From the NCBI RefSeq assembly GCF_009734345.1, contig NZ_CP032551.1, forward strand, positions 330,001 to 362,000: DNA of 32,000 nucleotides. The letters are read 5' to 3'. The stretch comes from Pseudidiomarina andamanensis. Lineage in GTDB: Bacteria; Pseudomonadota; Gammaproteobacteria; Enterobacterales; Alteromonadaceae. The notes below the pieces were generated by a model that worked only from the letters and a program-made list of their open reading frames with translations, ran no database searches and had not been told where the DNA came from. This document shows, piece after piece, positions 6,344-17,859 of the stretch (positions are counted from its first letter, which is position 1; each line of letters opens with the position of its first letter). Both the position numbers and the translations under genes were made by a program.

Positions 6344-8230
6344 ATGGCGGAGACCCGTCAAGCAGAAACCCACGGTTTTCAAACCGAAGTGAAGCAGTTG
6401 CTTCATTTAATGATTCATTCACTTTATTCAAATAAAGAAATCTTTCTGCGCGAGCTCGTATCGAATGCATCGGATGCTGCCGATAAGCTACGTTTCAAAG
6501 CATTAAGCGATAGTACGTTACTCGCTGACGATGCTGAGTTGTTCGTGCGCGTGAGTGCTGATAAAGATGCTGGTACCATTACCATCAGCGATAACGGTAT
6601 TGGTATGACGCGCGATGAAGTCATGACGAATCTCGGTACTATCGCAAAATCGGGTACCGCTGATTTCTTTAGTCAATTGTCTGGTGACCAGGCAAAAGAT
6701 AGCCGCTTAATTGGTCAGTTTGGTGTTGGCTTCTATTCGGCATTTATTGTCGCCGACAGCGTGACCGTTCGCACCCGTGCCGCTGGTTCGGACACTGCTA
6801 TTGAGTGGTTCTCACGCGGAGAAGGTGAGTACGATCTGCGTGATATCGAAAAAGCGAAACGCGGTACCGATATTATCTTGCATTTGCGCGATGACGCGCA
6901 TGAGTACCTTGATGAGTGGCGCTTAAAGAGCATCATCACAAAATACTCAGACCACTTAAGTATTCCTGTTCAAATGCCGAAGCGTGACGATGACCAGAAA
7001 CAAGACGGTTGGGAATCGGTTAACTCTGGGCAAGCGTTGTGGACTCGTGAAAAGTCAGAAATATCAGATGACGAATACAAAGAGTTCTACAAGACTATTG
7101 CGCACGATTTCGATGAACCGTTGTTGTGGAGCCACAATAAGGTTGAAGGCACATCAGAATATACCAGCTTACTTTACATTCCGAAGCGCGCGCCATGGGA
7201 TTTATGGAATCGTGAAACGCAACACGGTATTAAACTGTATGTAAAACGCGTATTCATTATGGATGACGCCAAGCAGTTAATGCCGACCTATCTGCGTTTT
7301 GTGCGCGGTTTAATGGATTCATCGGATCTGCCGCTGAACGTGTCTCGCGAAATTTTGCAGGACAACAAAATTACTCGCTCCATGCGCAATGGTAGCACTA
7401 AGAAAATTCTAAGTATGCTGAGTAAGCTGGCCAAAGACGATGCCGAGAAGTATCAAGAATTTTGGAATACCTTTGGTGCGGTATTAAAAGAAGGGCCAGC
7501 GGAAGACCAAGGCAACCAAGAAACCATTGCGAGCTTACTACGTTTTGCCTCAACTCATGAAGATACAAGTGAAGCGAAGGTTAGCTTAGACGCTTACATT
7601 GAACGCATGCCTGAGAAGCAGGAAAAGATCTACTACATTGTCGCGGACAGTTATGAAGCTGCTCGTGATAACCCAGCGTTGGAGATTTTCCGCAAGAAGG
7701 GCATCGAAGTATTGCTGCTGTCTGAGCGTATCGATGAGTGGCTAATGAGCCATTTGACCGAGTACAAGGAAAAATCATTCCAGTCAGTTACTCGCGGAGA
7801 CCTTGACCTTGGCGAGCTTGATGATGCTGAAACCAAGAAGCAGCAAGAAGCTTCTGAAAAAGCCTTTGAAACTCAGCTGAAGCGTTTTGAGAAAGCGTTG
7901 GGTGATACGGTTAAAACAGTGCGTGTGACGCATCGTTTGACTGAATCACCGGCGTGTATTGTTACCGATGACAATGACATGAGTACGCAAATGGCCAAGC
8001 TGATGGAAGCGGCTGGACAGAAAGTACCAGAAACGAAGTATATTTTTGAAATAAACCCAGAGCATACCTTGGTTCAACGCATTGTCGAATTGGATGACGA
8101 CAGTCGCTTCAGTGAGTGGGCACACGTATTGCTTGATCAAGCAACACTTGCGGAGCGCGGTAGCTTGAAAGATCCGGCTAAATTTGTCGCTCGTATGAAT
8201 AAGTTGATGCTCGACTTAACGCAAGCATAA
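6344..8230 (+). CDS. htpG: Molecular chaperone HtpG (Hsp90)
   Basis: [47 protein letters not shown], 628 aa. RBS AGGAG. Confidence 0.97.
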   Translation: MAETRQAETHGFQTEVKQLLHLMIHSLYSNKEIFLRELVSNASDAADKLRFKALSDSTLLADDAELFVRVSADKDAGTITISDNGIGMTRDEVMTNLGTIAKSGTADFFSQLSGDQAKDSRLIGQFGVGFYSAFIVADSVTVRTRAAGSDTAIEWFSRGEGEYDLRDIEKAKRGTDIILHLRDDAHEYLDEWRLKSIITKYSDHLSIPVQMPKRDDDQKQDGWESVNSGQALWTREKSEISDDEYKEFYKTIAHDFDEPLLWSHNKVEGTSEYTSLLYIPKRAPWDLWNRETQHGIKLYVKRVFIMDDAKQLMPTYLRFVRGLMDSSDLPLNVSREILQDNKITRSMRNGSTKKILSMLSKLAKDDAEKYQEFWNTFGAVLKEGPAEDQGNQETIASLLRFASTHEDTSEAKVSLDAYIERMPEKQEKIYYIVADSYEAARDNPALEIFRKKGIEVLLLSERIDEWLMSHLTEYKEKSFQSVTRGDLDLGELDDAETKKQQEASEKAFETQLKRFEKALGDTVKTVRVTHRLTESPACIVTDDNDMSTQMAKLMEAAGQKVPETKYIFEINPEHTLVQRIVELDDDSRFSEWAHVLLDQATLAERGSLKDPAKFVARMNKLMLDLTQA

Positions 8231-8404
8231 GTGCAAGCATAACTGTTAATAGCAGCGAGTATTCGACAAAGGTGCGGAAAATTCCAGCAATTAGCTTGAG
8301 TAAGAGCATTGTCCGACGAAAGTCGGCAATACTCGGACTTGTAAAGCCTGTTGGTGCAAGGTAAAGTTCGACCTTAACTTATCCGCATTAAACAAATTAA
8401 GTAA

Positions 8405-9061
<657 letters not shown>

Positions 9062-9085
9062 GCTTCGCGTTATCTGAAGAATTCC

Positions 9086-9112
9086 AAAAGCCCACCTTGT
9101 GTGGGCTTTTTT
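9086..9112 (+). terminator. Rho-independent terminator after adk
   Basis: AAAA-GCCCAC-CTTGT-GTGGGC-TTTTTT. The stem pairs 9090-9095 with 9101-9106, and the T-run is 9107-9112. Confidence 0.7.
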
Positions 9113-9166
9113 GTATAAACTCACAGTTCGTTCATACACTCTTTGTTCATAAAAAGGATAACAATC

Positions 9167-9571
9167 ATGGACATGACGTTAACGATTAGTATGTTGTATG
9201 CAGGCTTATTGACGCTGCTTTATGTTGCGCTTTCGGTCAATATTATTCGGTTACGCTGGCGTGACCGTGTCGGCATCGGTACCGGTGATTCGCAAGACTT
9301 GAAAGTCGCAGTACGCATTCATGGTAACTTCGCTGAGTATGTTCCATTGTCATTAATTCTGTTTGTTTTAATGGAATTGCAAGGCGCTTCAGCAGCGCTT
9401 CTTCATGCACTAGGCGCAGCATTTTTCGTTGCCCGCGTGTGTCATGCACTAGGTCTAACGATGTCTATTGGACCGTCATGGGCACGCACTGTGGGTGTAC
9501 TCGGTACCTTTGGTGTGTTGCTGTTGCAAGCCGGCTTTGTCATTGGCGTATTTATTGGTGGCTCGTTATGA
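9167..9571 (+). CDS. yecN: MAPEG-family inner membrane protein (YecN-like)
   Basis: LRWRDRVGIGTGD...LKVAVRIHGNFAEYVPLSLILFVLMELQG aligns with E. coli YecN (RIHGNAVEYIPIAIVL). AAGGA precedes ATG 9167. Confidence 0.7.
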   Translation: MDMTLTISMLYAGLLTLLYVALSVNIIRLRWRDRVGIGTGDSQDLKVAVRIHGNFAEYVPLSLILFVLMELQGASAALLHALGAAFFVARVCHALGLTMSIGPSWARTVGVLGTFGVLLLQAGFVIGVFIGGSL

Positions 9572-10371
9572 CCTCATTACCTGGCGTGCATCGCTTCGGA
9601 GTCGCTGGAAAACAACCGCTACTCTTATTGCACAGCTCGCAAAGTAATAGTGGTCAATGGCGCAGCCTGATTACGCAGCTTGAAGCTCAGTTTGATATTT
9701 TAGCGGTTGATTTACTGGGATATGGTAAAGCGCCGGCTGCTGAAGATATAGAACCTGAAGCATTTCGGTTTACCGATGAATTACCTCGTGTCTTAGAAGC
9801 AATTGTGGCCGCGCAATGGCAACAACCCATCACCGTTGTCGGTCATTCCTATGGCGGCGCATTGGCATTGAAGATTGCGTTAGAAAAGCCGGTTTCAGTG
9901 CGTGAATTGGTGGTGTTTGAGCCGGTGGCGTTTCATATACTTGAAGCGAATGAACCAGCCCGTATTGAAATAGAAAAAATAGCGGCGCAAATGTATCAAC
10001 ATGATGCCGAAGCGGCGACGCGGGCTTTCGTCGACTATTGGAATCAGCCGGGCTATTTTGATGCATTACCAGAGCGAATTCGTGCGGGTATGGTACTTCA
10101 GGCCGGTAAAGTCACAAAAGATTTTGCGGCGTTGATGGGCGAACCACATAAGTTATCTGATTACCGTCATGTCGATATGCCAGTGTTGGTGTTGCAAGGC
10201 AAGCATACGCAAGAAAGTGCCCGTTGTGTGGCGCATCATCTGCTGCAAGTGATGCCAAATGCCCAAGCGGAAATTTTGAATTGTGGTCATATGGGACCCG
10301 TGACGCATGCACCATTAGTGAACCCTGAAATTGTTGCATTCGTTACTAAAGAGCATGAAGTGGTGGCATGA
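9568..10371 (+). CDS. Alpha/beta-fold hydrolase
   Basis: PLLLLHSSQSNSGQW, nucleophile elbow VVGHSYGG, and a C-terminal His (NCGHMGP). ATG 9568 overlaps the MAPEG stop (ATGA). The track N-terminal extension 9439-9567 lies inside the MAPEG gene and is rejected. Confidence 0.75.
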   Translation: MTSLPGVHRFGVAGKQPLLLLHSSQSNSGQWRSLITQLEAQFDILAVDLLGYGKAPAAEDIEPEAFRFTDELPRVLEAIVAAQWQQPITVVGHSYGGALALKIALEKPVSVRELVVFEPVAFHILEANEPARIEIEKIAAQMYQHDAEAATRAFVDYWNQPGYFDALPERIRAGMVLQAGKVTKDFAALMGEPHKLSDYRHVDMPVLVLQGKHTQESARCVAHHLLQVMPNAQAEILNCGHMGPVTHAPLVNPEIVAFVTKEHEVVA

Positions 10372-11543
10372 ATCAATTCGCTTTGTTTCGTGAGCATCCG
10401 CAACTCATTTATTTCGATAGCGCCGCAACCTGTCAGGTTCCTGACGTGGTTATGCAAGCGTTTACGGACTATTACCAACAGCATCATGCGAATGTACACC
10501 GAGCAAGTCATCAACTGGGGCGTGCGGCAACCAGTGCTTTAGAAACAGCGCGCTCGACGCTCGCTTCATTTATAGGCGCGAGTGCTGCGAATGTTGCGTT
10601 ACTGCCATCGACCACCGCGGCACTAAACGGTTTAGCGCAGCAAGTGCCAGTGAAATGGCAAGCTGGCGATGAAATTTTACTCTCGACAGCCGAGCACCAT
10701 GCCAATATTTTACCGTGGCAACGTCTAGCAAATGAACACCAGTTAATCCTGCGATATATTCCAATTGATCCAGAAACTGGTGACTTAGGCGACTGGCAAG
10801 CGTTACTCAACGAGCGTACGCGGGTAGTAAGTATCACTGCAGCGAGTAATATTACAGGCGCTTTGTTTTCGATTACACCGTTATTGCTGGCGGCACAAGC
10901 ACGGGGCGCGTGGACCATTGTTGATGCTGCTCAAGCGGCTGCACATACATCAATTCAAGTCACTGAGCTTCATTGTGATGCACTCGTTTTCAGCACGCAC
11001 AAAGTTTATAGCGTGAATGGTTGTGCCGTGGTGTATTTGAGTGATGCACTGCGTGACAGTATGGCGCCATTTCAGGTTGGTGGCGGCATTGTACAGCGTG
11101 TCACGTTTACAGAAGCTGAATTTATTGATGGTATTCATAAATTTGAAGCTGGTAGCCCCAATACAGCTGCGGCAGTGGCTGCGGCGACAGCCGTGACATG
11201 GCTTCAAAAGCAAAAAGATGTCGCTCATTTAGCGCAGTTACGCCAACAACTGGTGCGTGAATTACACCAACGCCCGTGGCTTACCGTATTGCCGAGTGGG
11301 GCGCACGCAACACCCACAGTGGCATTTTACAGCGACGCATTTCAAGCCTTTGACATTGCCGCTTGGTTAGACCAACACCAGATTGCCGTGCGCGCAGGGC
11401 ATCACTGCGCACAATTATTATTACAACAATGGCAGTTACCAGCGGTCGTCAGAGTCTCATTAGGGGCGTATAATACCGCCTCGCAAATAACCCGTTTTCT
11501 TGAAACCTTGGACGCTGGCTGGGCCTTGTTCGGCTCAGACTAG
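10368..11543 (+). CDS. Class V aminotransferase, cysteine desulfurase / selenocysteine lyase family (SufS/CsdA-like)
   Basis: YFDSAATCQVP, ANVHRASHQLG, STHK (PLP lysine), and RAGHHCAQ (catalytic Cys loop). An ATGA overlap joins it to the hydrolase gene. Confidence 0.8.
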   Translation: MNQFALFREHPQLIYFDSAATCQVPDVVMQAFTDYYQQHHANVHRASHQLGRAATSALETARSTLASFIGASAANVALLPSTTAALNGLAQQVPVKWQAGDEILLSTAEHHANILPWQRLANEHQLILRYIPIDPETGDLGDWQALLNERTRVVSITAASNITGALFSITPLLLAAQARGAWTIVDAAQAAAHTSIQVTELHCDALVFSTHKVYSVNGCAVVYLSDALRDSMAPFQVGGGIVQRVTFTEAEFIDGIHKFEAGSPNTAAAVAAATAVTWLQKQKDVAHLAQLRQQLVRELHQRPWLTVLPSGAHATPTVAFYSDAFQAFDIAAWLDQHQIAVRAGHHCAQLLLQQWQLPAVVRVSLGAYNTASQITRFLETLDAGWALFGSD

Positions 11544-11553
11544 GAGTACAGAA

Positions 11554-12951
11554 GTGGAACAACCCAACCATTGGTGGACTGAGTCAATTAAGTTAGCTCG
11601 GCTCACGGGCCCTATTTTGATCGCTCAACTGACGCAAATGCTGATGAGCGTTGTCGATACCTTAATGGCAGGGCGTGTCAGTGCCACTGATCTTGCAGCT
11701 GTTTCTGTAGGCGGCAGTATGTGGGTACCGTCTACGTTAATTATCATGGGGCTTGCACTGGCATTGGCACCAATCATTTCTCATTTTGATGGTGCGGGTA
11801 AACACCATAAAGTTGGGAATATGGTGCAGCAGGGCATCTATGCCGCATTAATAGGTGGTGTTCTGTGCTTTGTTGTTATCCAAGCGGCACCGCTGATTCT
11901 CAACGCCATGTCGGTTGAAGATGAGTTTCGTCGGGTCACGCTCGATTACCTATTTTACGTGAGCTTTGGTATTCCAGCGCTGGTGCTTTACATGGTGCTG
12001 CGCAACTTTTGCGAAGGGTTATCACACACGGTGCCCTCGTTAGTGATTGGCGTACTCGGTCTGCTGGTCAATATTCCGGTGAACTATATCTTTATTTATG
12101 GTGAGTTTGGTATGCCTGCCCTCGGTGGCGCTGGCTGTGGCTTGGCGACAGCCATTGTGTTGTGGGTGATGGCACTCGGCATGCTGGTTTATGTGTCGGT
12201 GGTTGAACGATTCAAAAAATTGCAGATATTTAAAACCTTCCACGCGCCGAACTGGGATGATATTTGGTACATCGTGCGTATTGGTTTTCCGATTGCAACG
12301 TCGATGTTTTTTGAAGTGAGTTTATTTGCCGCCGCGGCGTTGGTTATAGCGCCGCTGGGTGCCACGGTGGTCGCCAGTCATCAAATTGCACTGAATATTT
12401 CGTCGTTGGTTTATATGGTGCCATTAAGTTTATCGATGGCCGTTACGCTGCGCGTTGGCTTTGCGTTGGGAGCTGGTAATCCAGCTAACGCAATGTTAAG
12501 CCACAAGCTCGCAACGGTTTATGGGATGACTTTTGCTGCCGTTAACGGTCTCATTATGTATCTTGCTGGCGCATGGTTAGCTGGTTTGTACACCGATGAT
12601 CAGGCGGTTATTCAACTATCTGCAACCCTGATGGGATTAGCGGCAATTTTCACGCTCTCGGATACCTTCCAAGCCATTGCGATGGGAACATTGCGTGGCT
12701 ACAAAGATACCAAAGTGGTGATGTTCATTACCTTTGTGTCGTATTGGCCGTTTGGCTTAAGCTTAGGGATTATTCTGTCGCTGACCGACTGGATTGTGCC
12801 ATCAATGGGCGCTGCCGGTATGTGGATTGGCTTTATCGTAGGCTTAAGCTGCGCCGCGGTATTATTGAGCTGGCGACTGTTGATAGTCAGTCGCCGTTAT
12901 AAAGTCGCTCATGCGGCGCGGTTTGTAGAAGAGTCAACGGCTCACGATTGA
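11554..12951 (+). CDS. norM: MATE-family multidrug efflux transporter NorM
   Basis: IKLARLTGPILIAQLTQMLMSVVDTLMAGRVSATDLAAVSVGGSMWVP resembles the NorM N-terminus, and the protein has 12 hydrophobic segments. AGGAG lies 7 nt upstream of GTG 11554. The track start at 11500 overlaps the previous gene. Confidence 0.85.
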   Translation: MEQPNHWWTESIKLARLTGPILIAQLTQMLMSVVDTLMAGRVSATDLAAVSVGGSMWVPSTLIIMGLALALAPIISHFDGAGKHHKVGNMVQQGIYAALIGGVLCFVVIQAAPLILNAMSVEDEFRRVTLDYLFYVSFGIPALVLYMVLRNFCEGLSHTVPSLVIGVLGLLVNIPVNYIFIYGEFGMPALGGAGCGLATAIVLWVMALGMLVYVSVVERFKKLQIFKTFHAPNWDDIWYIVRIGFPIATSMFFEVSLFAAAALVIAPLGATVVASHQIALNISSLVYMVPLSLSMAVTLRVGFALGAGNPANAMLSHKLATVYGMTFAAVNGLIMYLAGAWLAGLYTDDQAVIQLSATLMGLAAIFTLSDTFQAIAMGTLRGYKDTKVVMFITFVSYWPFGLSLGIILSLTDWIVPSMGAAGMWIGFIVGLSCAAVLLSWRLLIVSRRYKVAHAARFVEESTAHD

Positions 12952-13556
12952 TGCCGCTGATGCAATACTTCGAGTACGTCATTCAAGGTTAAATCGCGGG
13001 CAGCCAATGTCACTAAAAGGTGATAGAGCAAGTCCGCGCTCTCATTCAATAGTTCTTTAGAATCGCCAGCCGCTGCGGCTAAAGCAACCTCGACACCTTC
13101 CTCGCCAACTTTTTGTGCCGCACGTTTAACACCTTCGGCAAATAGCGAAGCGGTATAACTACTATCAACTGGGGCACCACGACGTGATTCAATGGTATCC
13201 ATTAAGCGTTGCAGCATCGGTTGCGATTGCGCATCGGTAAAACAGCTGCGAGTGCCTAAATGGCAGGTAGGGCCCGACGGCTTAACCAATATCAATAGGC
13301 TATCTTGGTCACAATCGGTGTGCACGCTAACAAGTTCAAGCGTGTTACCTGAGCTTTCACCTTTCGTCCACAAACGTTGCTTGCTGCGACTATAAAAAGT
13401 CACTTGGCTGGTTGCCAAGGTTTGCTGCAGCGCCTCGCTATTCATATAGCCTTGCATCAGTATTTCACCGCTTAATGCATGTTGCACAATCGCCGGCAAT
13501 AAGTTGTCACCTTTCGCAAAATCGACGGTGTCGATATTCGTTTGATTTATTCGCAT
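12942..13556 (-). CDS. hisI: Bifunctional phosphoribosyl-AMP cyclohydrolase / phosphoribosyl-ATP pyrophosphatase
   Basis: LPAIVQHALSGEILMQGYMN, CDQDSLLILV, and the C-terminal HisE helix bundle LLYHLLV. It is the last gene of the his operon. Confidence 0.95.
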   Translation of the reverse strand: MRINQTNIDTVDFAKGDNLLPAIVQHALSGEILMQGYMNSEALQQTLATSQVTFYSRSKQRLWTKGESSGNTLELVSVHTDCDQDSLLILVKPSGPTCHLGTRSCFTDAQSQPMLQRLMDTIESRRGAPVDSSYTASLFAEGVKRAAQKVGEEGVEVALAAAAGDSKELLNESADLLYHLLVTLAARDLTLNDVLEVLHQRHQS

Positions 13557-13577
13557 GAGTTACTCCTTGTCGCCGAT

Positions 13578-14354
13578 TCACACCGGCCGAATGGCAATGC
13601 CTGCCCGCTGTAATGCTTGCTTGAGTGCTTTAATTTTGATAATTCCTTTATGAAATACCGAAGCGGCAAGGGCACCATCAACATCTGCTTGATCAAAAAC
13701 TTGCTCAAAATGTTCAATGCTACCGGCACCGCCCGATGCAATTAACGGCACCGGACAATCAGCACGCAACATTTTTAATTGGTCAATATCGTAACCTTTA
13801 CGCACGCCGTCTTGATTCATACAGTTCAGAACGATTTCTCCAGCACCGCGAGCAATTACCTCACGCAACCAATCACGCGTTTGCCACGCAGTTTTTTGGG
13901 TACGCGTTTCATCGCCAGTGAATTGATAAACTTCGAAGGCATTCGTTTCCGCGTTATAAAAGCTATCGATGCCTATGACAATGCATTGCTGCCCAAATTC
14001 TTCAACGAGAGTGTTGATCAGACTTGGGTCGCGCAGGGCAGGCGAGTTGATTGAAATTTTATCGGCACCCATCGCCAGAATTTCTTGTGCTTGTGTAATT
14101 GAGCTGATGCCACCGGCAACGGTAAATGGAATATCGATCAAGCGTGCAATCCGCTCAACCCAGGATTTATCGACAACGCGAGCATCGGATGACGCGGTAA
14201 TATCGTAAAATACCAATTCGTCAGCGCCAGCTCGCGCATAACGCTCAGCTAATGGCTCAATGGCTCCAATCACTTCGTGATTACGAAATTGAACGCCTTT
14301 CACCACTTCACCGTTACGAACATCAAGGCATGGAATTATGCGTTTGGCCAGCAT
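13578..14354 (-). CDS. hisF: Imidazole glycerol phosphate synthase, cyclase subunit
   Basis: [23 protein letters not shown] and ADKISINS. Confidence 0.97.
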   Translation of the reverse strand: MLAKRIIPCLDVRNGEVVKGVQFRNHEVIGAIEPLAERYARAGADELVFYDITASSDARVVDKSWVERIARLIDIPFTVAGGISSITQAQEILAMGADKISINSPALRDPSLINTLVEEFGQQCIVIGIDSFYNAETNAFEVYQFTGDETRTQKTAWQTRDWLREVIARGAGEIVLNCMNQDGVRKGYDIDQLKMLRADCPVPLIASGGAGSIEHFEQVFDQADVDGALAASVFHKGIIKIKALKQALQRAGIAIRPV

Positions 14355-15073
14355 TGTAGTGCCTCCGTCAAGGTGAACTTACCAGTCAACAATGCCTTTC
14401 CAAGAATTACGGAATCGCAGTTAATGGCCTGCAATGCCTCTAAATCATCTAAGCTGGCAACCCCGCCTGACGCTTGCAGTTGAAGCTGCGGATAAAGCTG
14501 TTTGAGCTGTTGGTAAAGCGCAACATTGGTACCGGTTAACATGCCATCACGGCTAATATCGGTACAAAGCACATGGCGAAGCCCATATGGCAAATAGCTA
14601 TCAATGAGCTCGGTCAACGTTGTCGTTGAGGTTTCCTGCCAGCCGTGGGTGGCAACATAAGCAACGCCGTTGCTGTCGATATTCACGTCTAAGGCGAGCA
14701 CAATGGCATCTGGTCCGAATTCTTGTAGCCACTGCTGCACCAGTCGCGGCTCGCGCACGGCAACCGAACCGACAACCGCACGCTGCACACCAGCTGCATA
14801 AAGCTGTTCGAGGTCGGCTTGGTTGCGGATACCACCGCCAACTTGTACGTTCATGGTGGTATTCGCGGTAATGGTTTTGAGTAACGCTAGTTGGCGTTGT
14901 GAGGTATCACGCGCACCATCTAAATCGACTAGGTGTAACCACTCTGCACCTGCTTTCTCGTAAGCTTCAACCAGTGTGAGCGGATTACTCGAATAGGTCG
15001 TTTGCCGTGCGAAATCACCTTGCTGTAAACGCACAACTTCGCCATTAATCAAATCAAGCGCGGGTATCAGCAT
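14336..15073 (-). CDS. hisA: ProFAR isomerase
   Basis: [29 protein letters not shown] and QVGGGIR. Confidence 0.97.
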   Translation of the reverse strand: MLIPALDLINGEVVRLQQGDFARQTTYSSNPLTLVEAYEKAGAEWLHLVDLDGARDTSQRQLALLKTITANTTMNVQVGGGIRNQADLEQLYAAGVQRAVVGSVAVREPRLVQQWLQEFGPDAIVLALDVNIDSNGVAYVATHGWQETSTTTLTELIDSYLPYGLRHVLCTDISRDGMLTGTNVALYQQLKQLYPQLQLQASGGVASLDDLEALQAINCDSVILGKALLTGKFTLTEALQCWPNA

Positions 15074-15671
15074 CAGTTAACTCCAAAAAATTCTTTAATA
15101 ATTGAGCGCCGGCGTTGCCAGAGCGTTCTGGGTGAAATTGCGCACCAAAATAGTTCTTATGCCGAATCATGGCAGCAAACTCTTGGCCATAATCACATTG
15201 CGCGATGGTTGAATCGTCTTTCGCAACGGCAAAGCTATGCACAAAGTAAAACCACGCCTCGGTGTCCATGTTTCGCAATAGCGGGTTGCATCCAATCGCG
15301 GTTACCGTATTCCAACCCATGTGTGGTAGTGGCAGCTCACCAGCTTGCAGACGCACCGTTTTTGCAGGAATCACACCTAAACAATCCACCTCGCCTTCGG
15401 CTGACCAATCGGTTAATAACTGCATACCTAAACAAATACCAAGCACCGGCTGCTGCAAGTTTTGCAAGGTTTCGACAAGCTCAAGACGCTGTAAGTTGCG
15501 CATGGCTGCTTGCGCCGTACCAACACCCGGTAGTATGACCCGGTCCGCTGCAGCAATTCGAGCGGCATCAGCGGTGACTTCTGGGGTAACGCCTAAGCGT
15601 TCAAAAGCAAACCGAACCGAGCTCAAATTTGCGCAAGCGGTGTCAACAATCACTAAATTCTGTTGTGTCAT
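15054..15671 (-). CDS. hisH: Imidazole glycerol phosphate synthase, glutaminase subunit
   Basis: [16 protein letters not shown] (catalytic Cys), and [10 protein letters not shown]. Confidence 0.97.
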   Translation of the reverse strand: MTQQNLVIVDTACANLSSVRFAFERLGVTPEVTADAARIAAADRVILPGVGTAQAAMRNLQRLELVETLQNLQQPVLGICLGMQLLTDWSAEGEVDCLGVIPAKTVRLQAGELPLPHMGWNTVTAIGCNPLLRNMDTEAWFYFVHSFAVAKDDSTIAQCDYGQEFAAMIRHKNYFGAQFHPERSGNAGAQLLKNFLELTDADTRA

Positions 15672-16753
15672 GCCAACATTCCTTTACTGGATGGCAGTTC
15701 ATCACTGGTGCCTTTGGCAATGGCTTGACGCAAGGCACGACCAAACACTTTGAATAAACTCTCAACCTGGTGGTGCGCATTTCCCTCCGTGGTGCTTAAG
15801 TGCAGCGAAATGGCCATCGCGTCGCTCAACGAGCGGAAAAAGTGACTGACCATTTCGGTAGATAGCTCACCGACGGTGTCGCGACTGAATTGTGCATTCC
15901 ACTGCAAATAAGGACGACCAGACAAATCAATCAAACATTCGGCACGGCACTCATCCATCGGTAATGCAAAACCGAAGCGGCCAATACCACGCTTATCACC
16001 TAAGGCTTGGCGCAACGCCTGACCAATTGCGAGGGCGGTATCTTCGACCGTGTGATGCTCGTCAATGTGCAGATCGCCAGATACGTCGAGTGCTAACGAA
16101 AAGCCGCCGTGCGTCGCAATTTGCTCGAGCATGTGATCGAAAAAGCCAATACCAGTGCTGATGCGAATCGGCTGCGCTTTATCTAAATCGACGGCCACTT
16201 TTATATCGGTTTCGCGAGTTGTACGCTGCACCGAAGCAACCCGTGGGCGGCTGATTAACTGGTGCGCAATATCTTGCCAGGTATTGTTCGTACGATCATA
16301 ACGAATGCCTTGAATACCCATGTTCTTAGCAAGCTGCATGTCGGTATCGCGGTCGCCGATAACGTATGAATCAGTGAAATCAACTTTGCCTTGCACCAAG
16401 TAATCGCGCACTAAGCCAAGTTTCGGCTTGCGGCACGAGCAGTTGTCTTCGTCAAAGTGCGGGCAAATCAACACATCGTCAAAGCGGACCCCTTGCGAAG
16501 TGAAAATTGCCATCATCAGGTCATGTGGCGCATCAAAGTTGGCTTGCGGAAAGCTATCGGTACCTAAACCGTCTTGATTCGATACCATCACCAGACGATA
16601 GCCTTTGTTTTGTAGCGCTAACAAGGTTGGAATCACCTGCGGCTCAAACACTAACTTCGCAATGCTATCTAACTGCTTATCCACTGGCGGCTCTTCAACT
16701 AACGTGCCATCGCGATCGATAAATAAAATTTTCTGTGGGCTGTTTGAACTCAT
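15668..16753 (-). CDS. hisB: Bifunctional histidinol-phosphatase / imidazoleglycerol-phosphate dehydratase
   Basis: FIDRDGTL (HAD motif), GIGFFDHML, and HHTVED. Confidence 0.97.
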   Translation of the reverse strand: MSSNSPQKILFIDRDGTLVEEPPVDKQLDSIAKLVFEPQVIPTLLALQNKGYRLVMVSNQDGLGTDSFPQANFDAPHDLMMAIFTSQGVRFDDVLICPHFDEDNCSCRKPKLGLVRDYLVQGKVDFTDSYVIGDRDTDMQLAKNMGIQGIRYDRTNNTWQDIAHQLISRPRVASVQRTTRETDIKVAVDLDKAQPIRISTGIGFFDHMLEQIATHGGFSLALDVSGDLHIDEHHTVEDTALAIGQALRQALGDKRGIGRFGFALPMDECRAECLIDLSGRPYLQWNAQFSRDTVGELSTEMVSHFFRSLSDAMAISLHLSTTEGNAHHQVESLFKVFGRALRQAIAKGTSDELPSSKGMLA

Positions 16754-17859
16754 GGCAATACCTCCATTAACTGCTGCATCTCTGCTGCGCTTCCGATGCT
16801 GACACGGACGCTGTTGTTTAGGCCGCGTTGTGCTGACTGATTACGAATTAAGACACCACCAAGACGACATTGCTCGACGAGCTGTTCCGCATTTTCGACA
16901 TCCAGTAAGACAAAGTTGGTGCAGCTTGGCCAAACCTTTTTAACCCAAGGCTTATTTGCTATGGCTTCTACAAAGGCTAGGCGTTGGGCTGTGGTTTCGG
17001 CAATTGCTTGCTGCATTGCCGCTATACCCTCGACAGATAGCGCTTTTTCAGCAATATCTAAGCACGGCTGTGGCATTGGGTACGGTGCTATCACTTTACG
17101 CAGTACGTCAATCACATCCGTGTTGGCAAGCGCGAAGCCACAGCGGATTGCCGCTAAGCCAAAGGCCTTTGACAAGGTTCGCATCACCACAAGCTGCGGG
17201 TACTTCGCTAGCCACTGGCTTACTTCATTCAATGCTTGAACGTTTCTGTTTGTCGTTAATTCATGCGCCGCAAACTCGATATAGGCTTCATCCACAACCA
17301 CAAGAGCTCGGTCGCCAACGCTGTCAATCAGTCGCTTTAGTTCCGCTAAATTTAGTTTATTGCCAAGTGGGTTTGACGGATTACATACGAAGACTAATTT
17401 GATGCGTTGTGAGCTTGAAGCCATTGCCGCCAACATACCATCCACATTCAACTGAAAAGTACCATCTTCGGCGCTAACCAGCGGCACATCAACCACACCA
17501 GCGCCTTGGGTTTGAGCACTAATGGCGTACATACCGTAAGTTGGGGTTGTGATCATGATGGCATCTTGCCCAGGTTCGCAGAAGCTGCGAATCAGCAAAT
17601 CAATCGCTTCGTCGCTGCCTCGACAGCTCAATACTTGCTCGGCGTTGACTTGGGCATAGTTAGCGTAGGCTTGGTTGAGCGTCGCACTTTGAAAGCTTGG
17701 GTAACGATTCAACTGCGTTGCTGTTTCCGCCAAAACCGGCGTGACTGGCGCTTCGTTGGCATTAAGCCAAACCGCACCACCGCTCATGCTACGACGTGCC
17801 GATGCGTACGGTGTTAACTCGGCTAAGTGCGTACGTTGTAAAGTTGCGGCTAGCGTCAT
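16750..17859 (-). CDS. hisC: Histidinol-phosphate aminotransferase
   Basis: LNANE, DEAYIEF, and [10 protein letters not shown] (PLP lysine). Confidence 0.95.
   Translation of the reverse strand: MTLAATLQRTHLAELTPYASARRSMSGGAVWLNANEAPVTPVLAETATQLNRYPSFQSATLNQAYANYAQVNAEQVLSCRGSDEAIDLLIRSFCEPGQDAIMITTPTYGMYAISAQTQGAGVVDVPLVSAEDGTFQLNVDGMLAAMASSSQRIKLVFVCNPSNPLGNKLNLAELKRLIDSVGDRALVVVDEAYIEFAAHELTTNRNVQALNEVSQWLAKYPQLVVMRTLSKAFGLAAIRCGFALANTDVIDVLRKVIAPYPMPQPCLDIAEKALSVEGIAAMQQAIAETTAQRLAFVEAIANKPWVKKVWPSCTNFVLLDVENAEQLVEQCRLGGVLIRNQSAQRGLNNSVRVSIGSAAEMQQLMEVLP

Noticed and set aside
8255-8338. Mutually exclusive hairpins in the 186-nt htpG-adk spacer (CGAGTATT...AATACTCG, CCGAC-GAAA-GTCGG, GTCCGA...TCGGAC), considered as a possible sRNA or riboswitch
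   Set aside because: The stems are short and imperfect, there is no U-run, and I recognise no conserved motif. A weak htpG terminator or REP-like element is as likely. Comparative data would be needed.
15262-15753. Long antisense ORFs inside his genes (15209-15538, 15262-15753, 16956-17402, 18310-18777). Similar antisense ORFs occur in other genes (10511-10918, 23175-23588, 28485-28916, 5251-5565).
   Set aside because: Each lies opposite a strongly supported conserved CDS, has Ala/Arg/Ser/Cys-rich composition typical of antisense frames, and has no RBS or recognisable domain.
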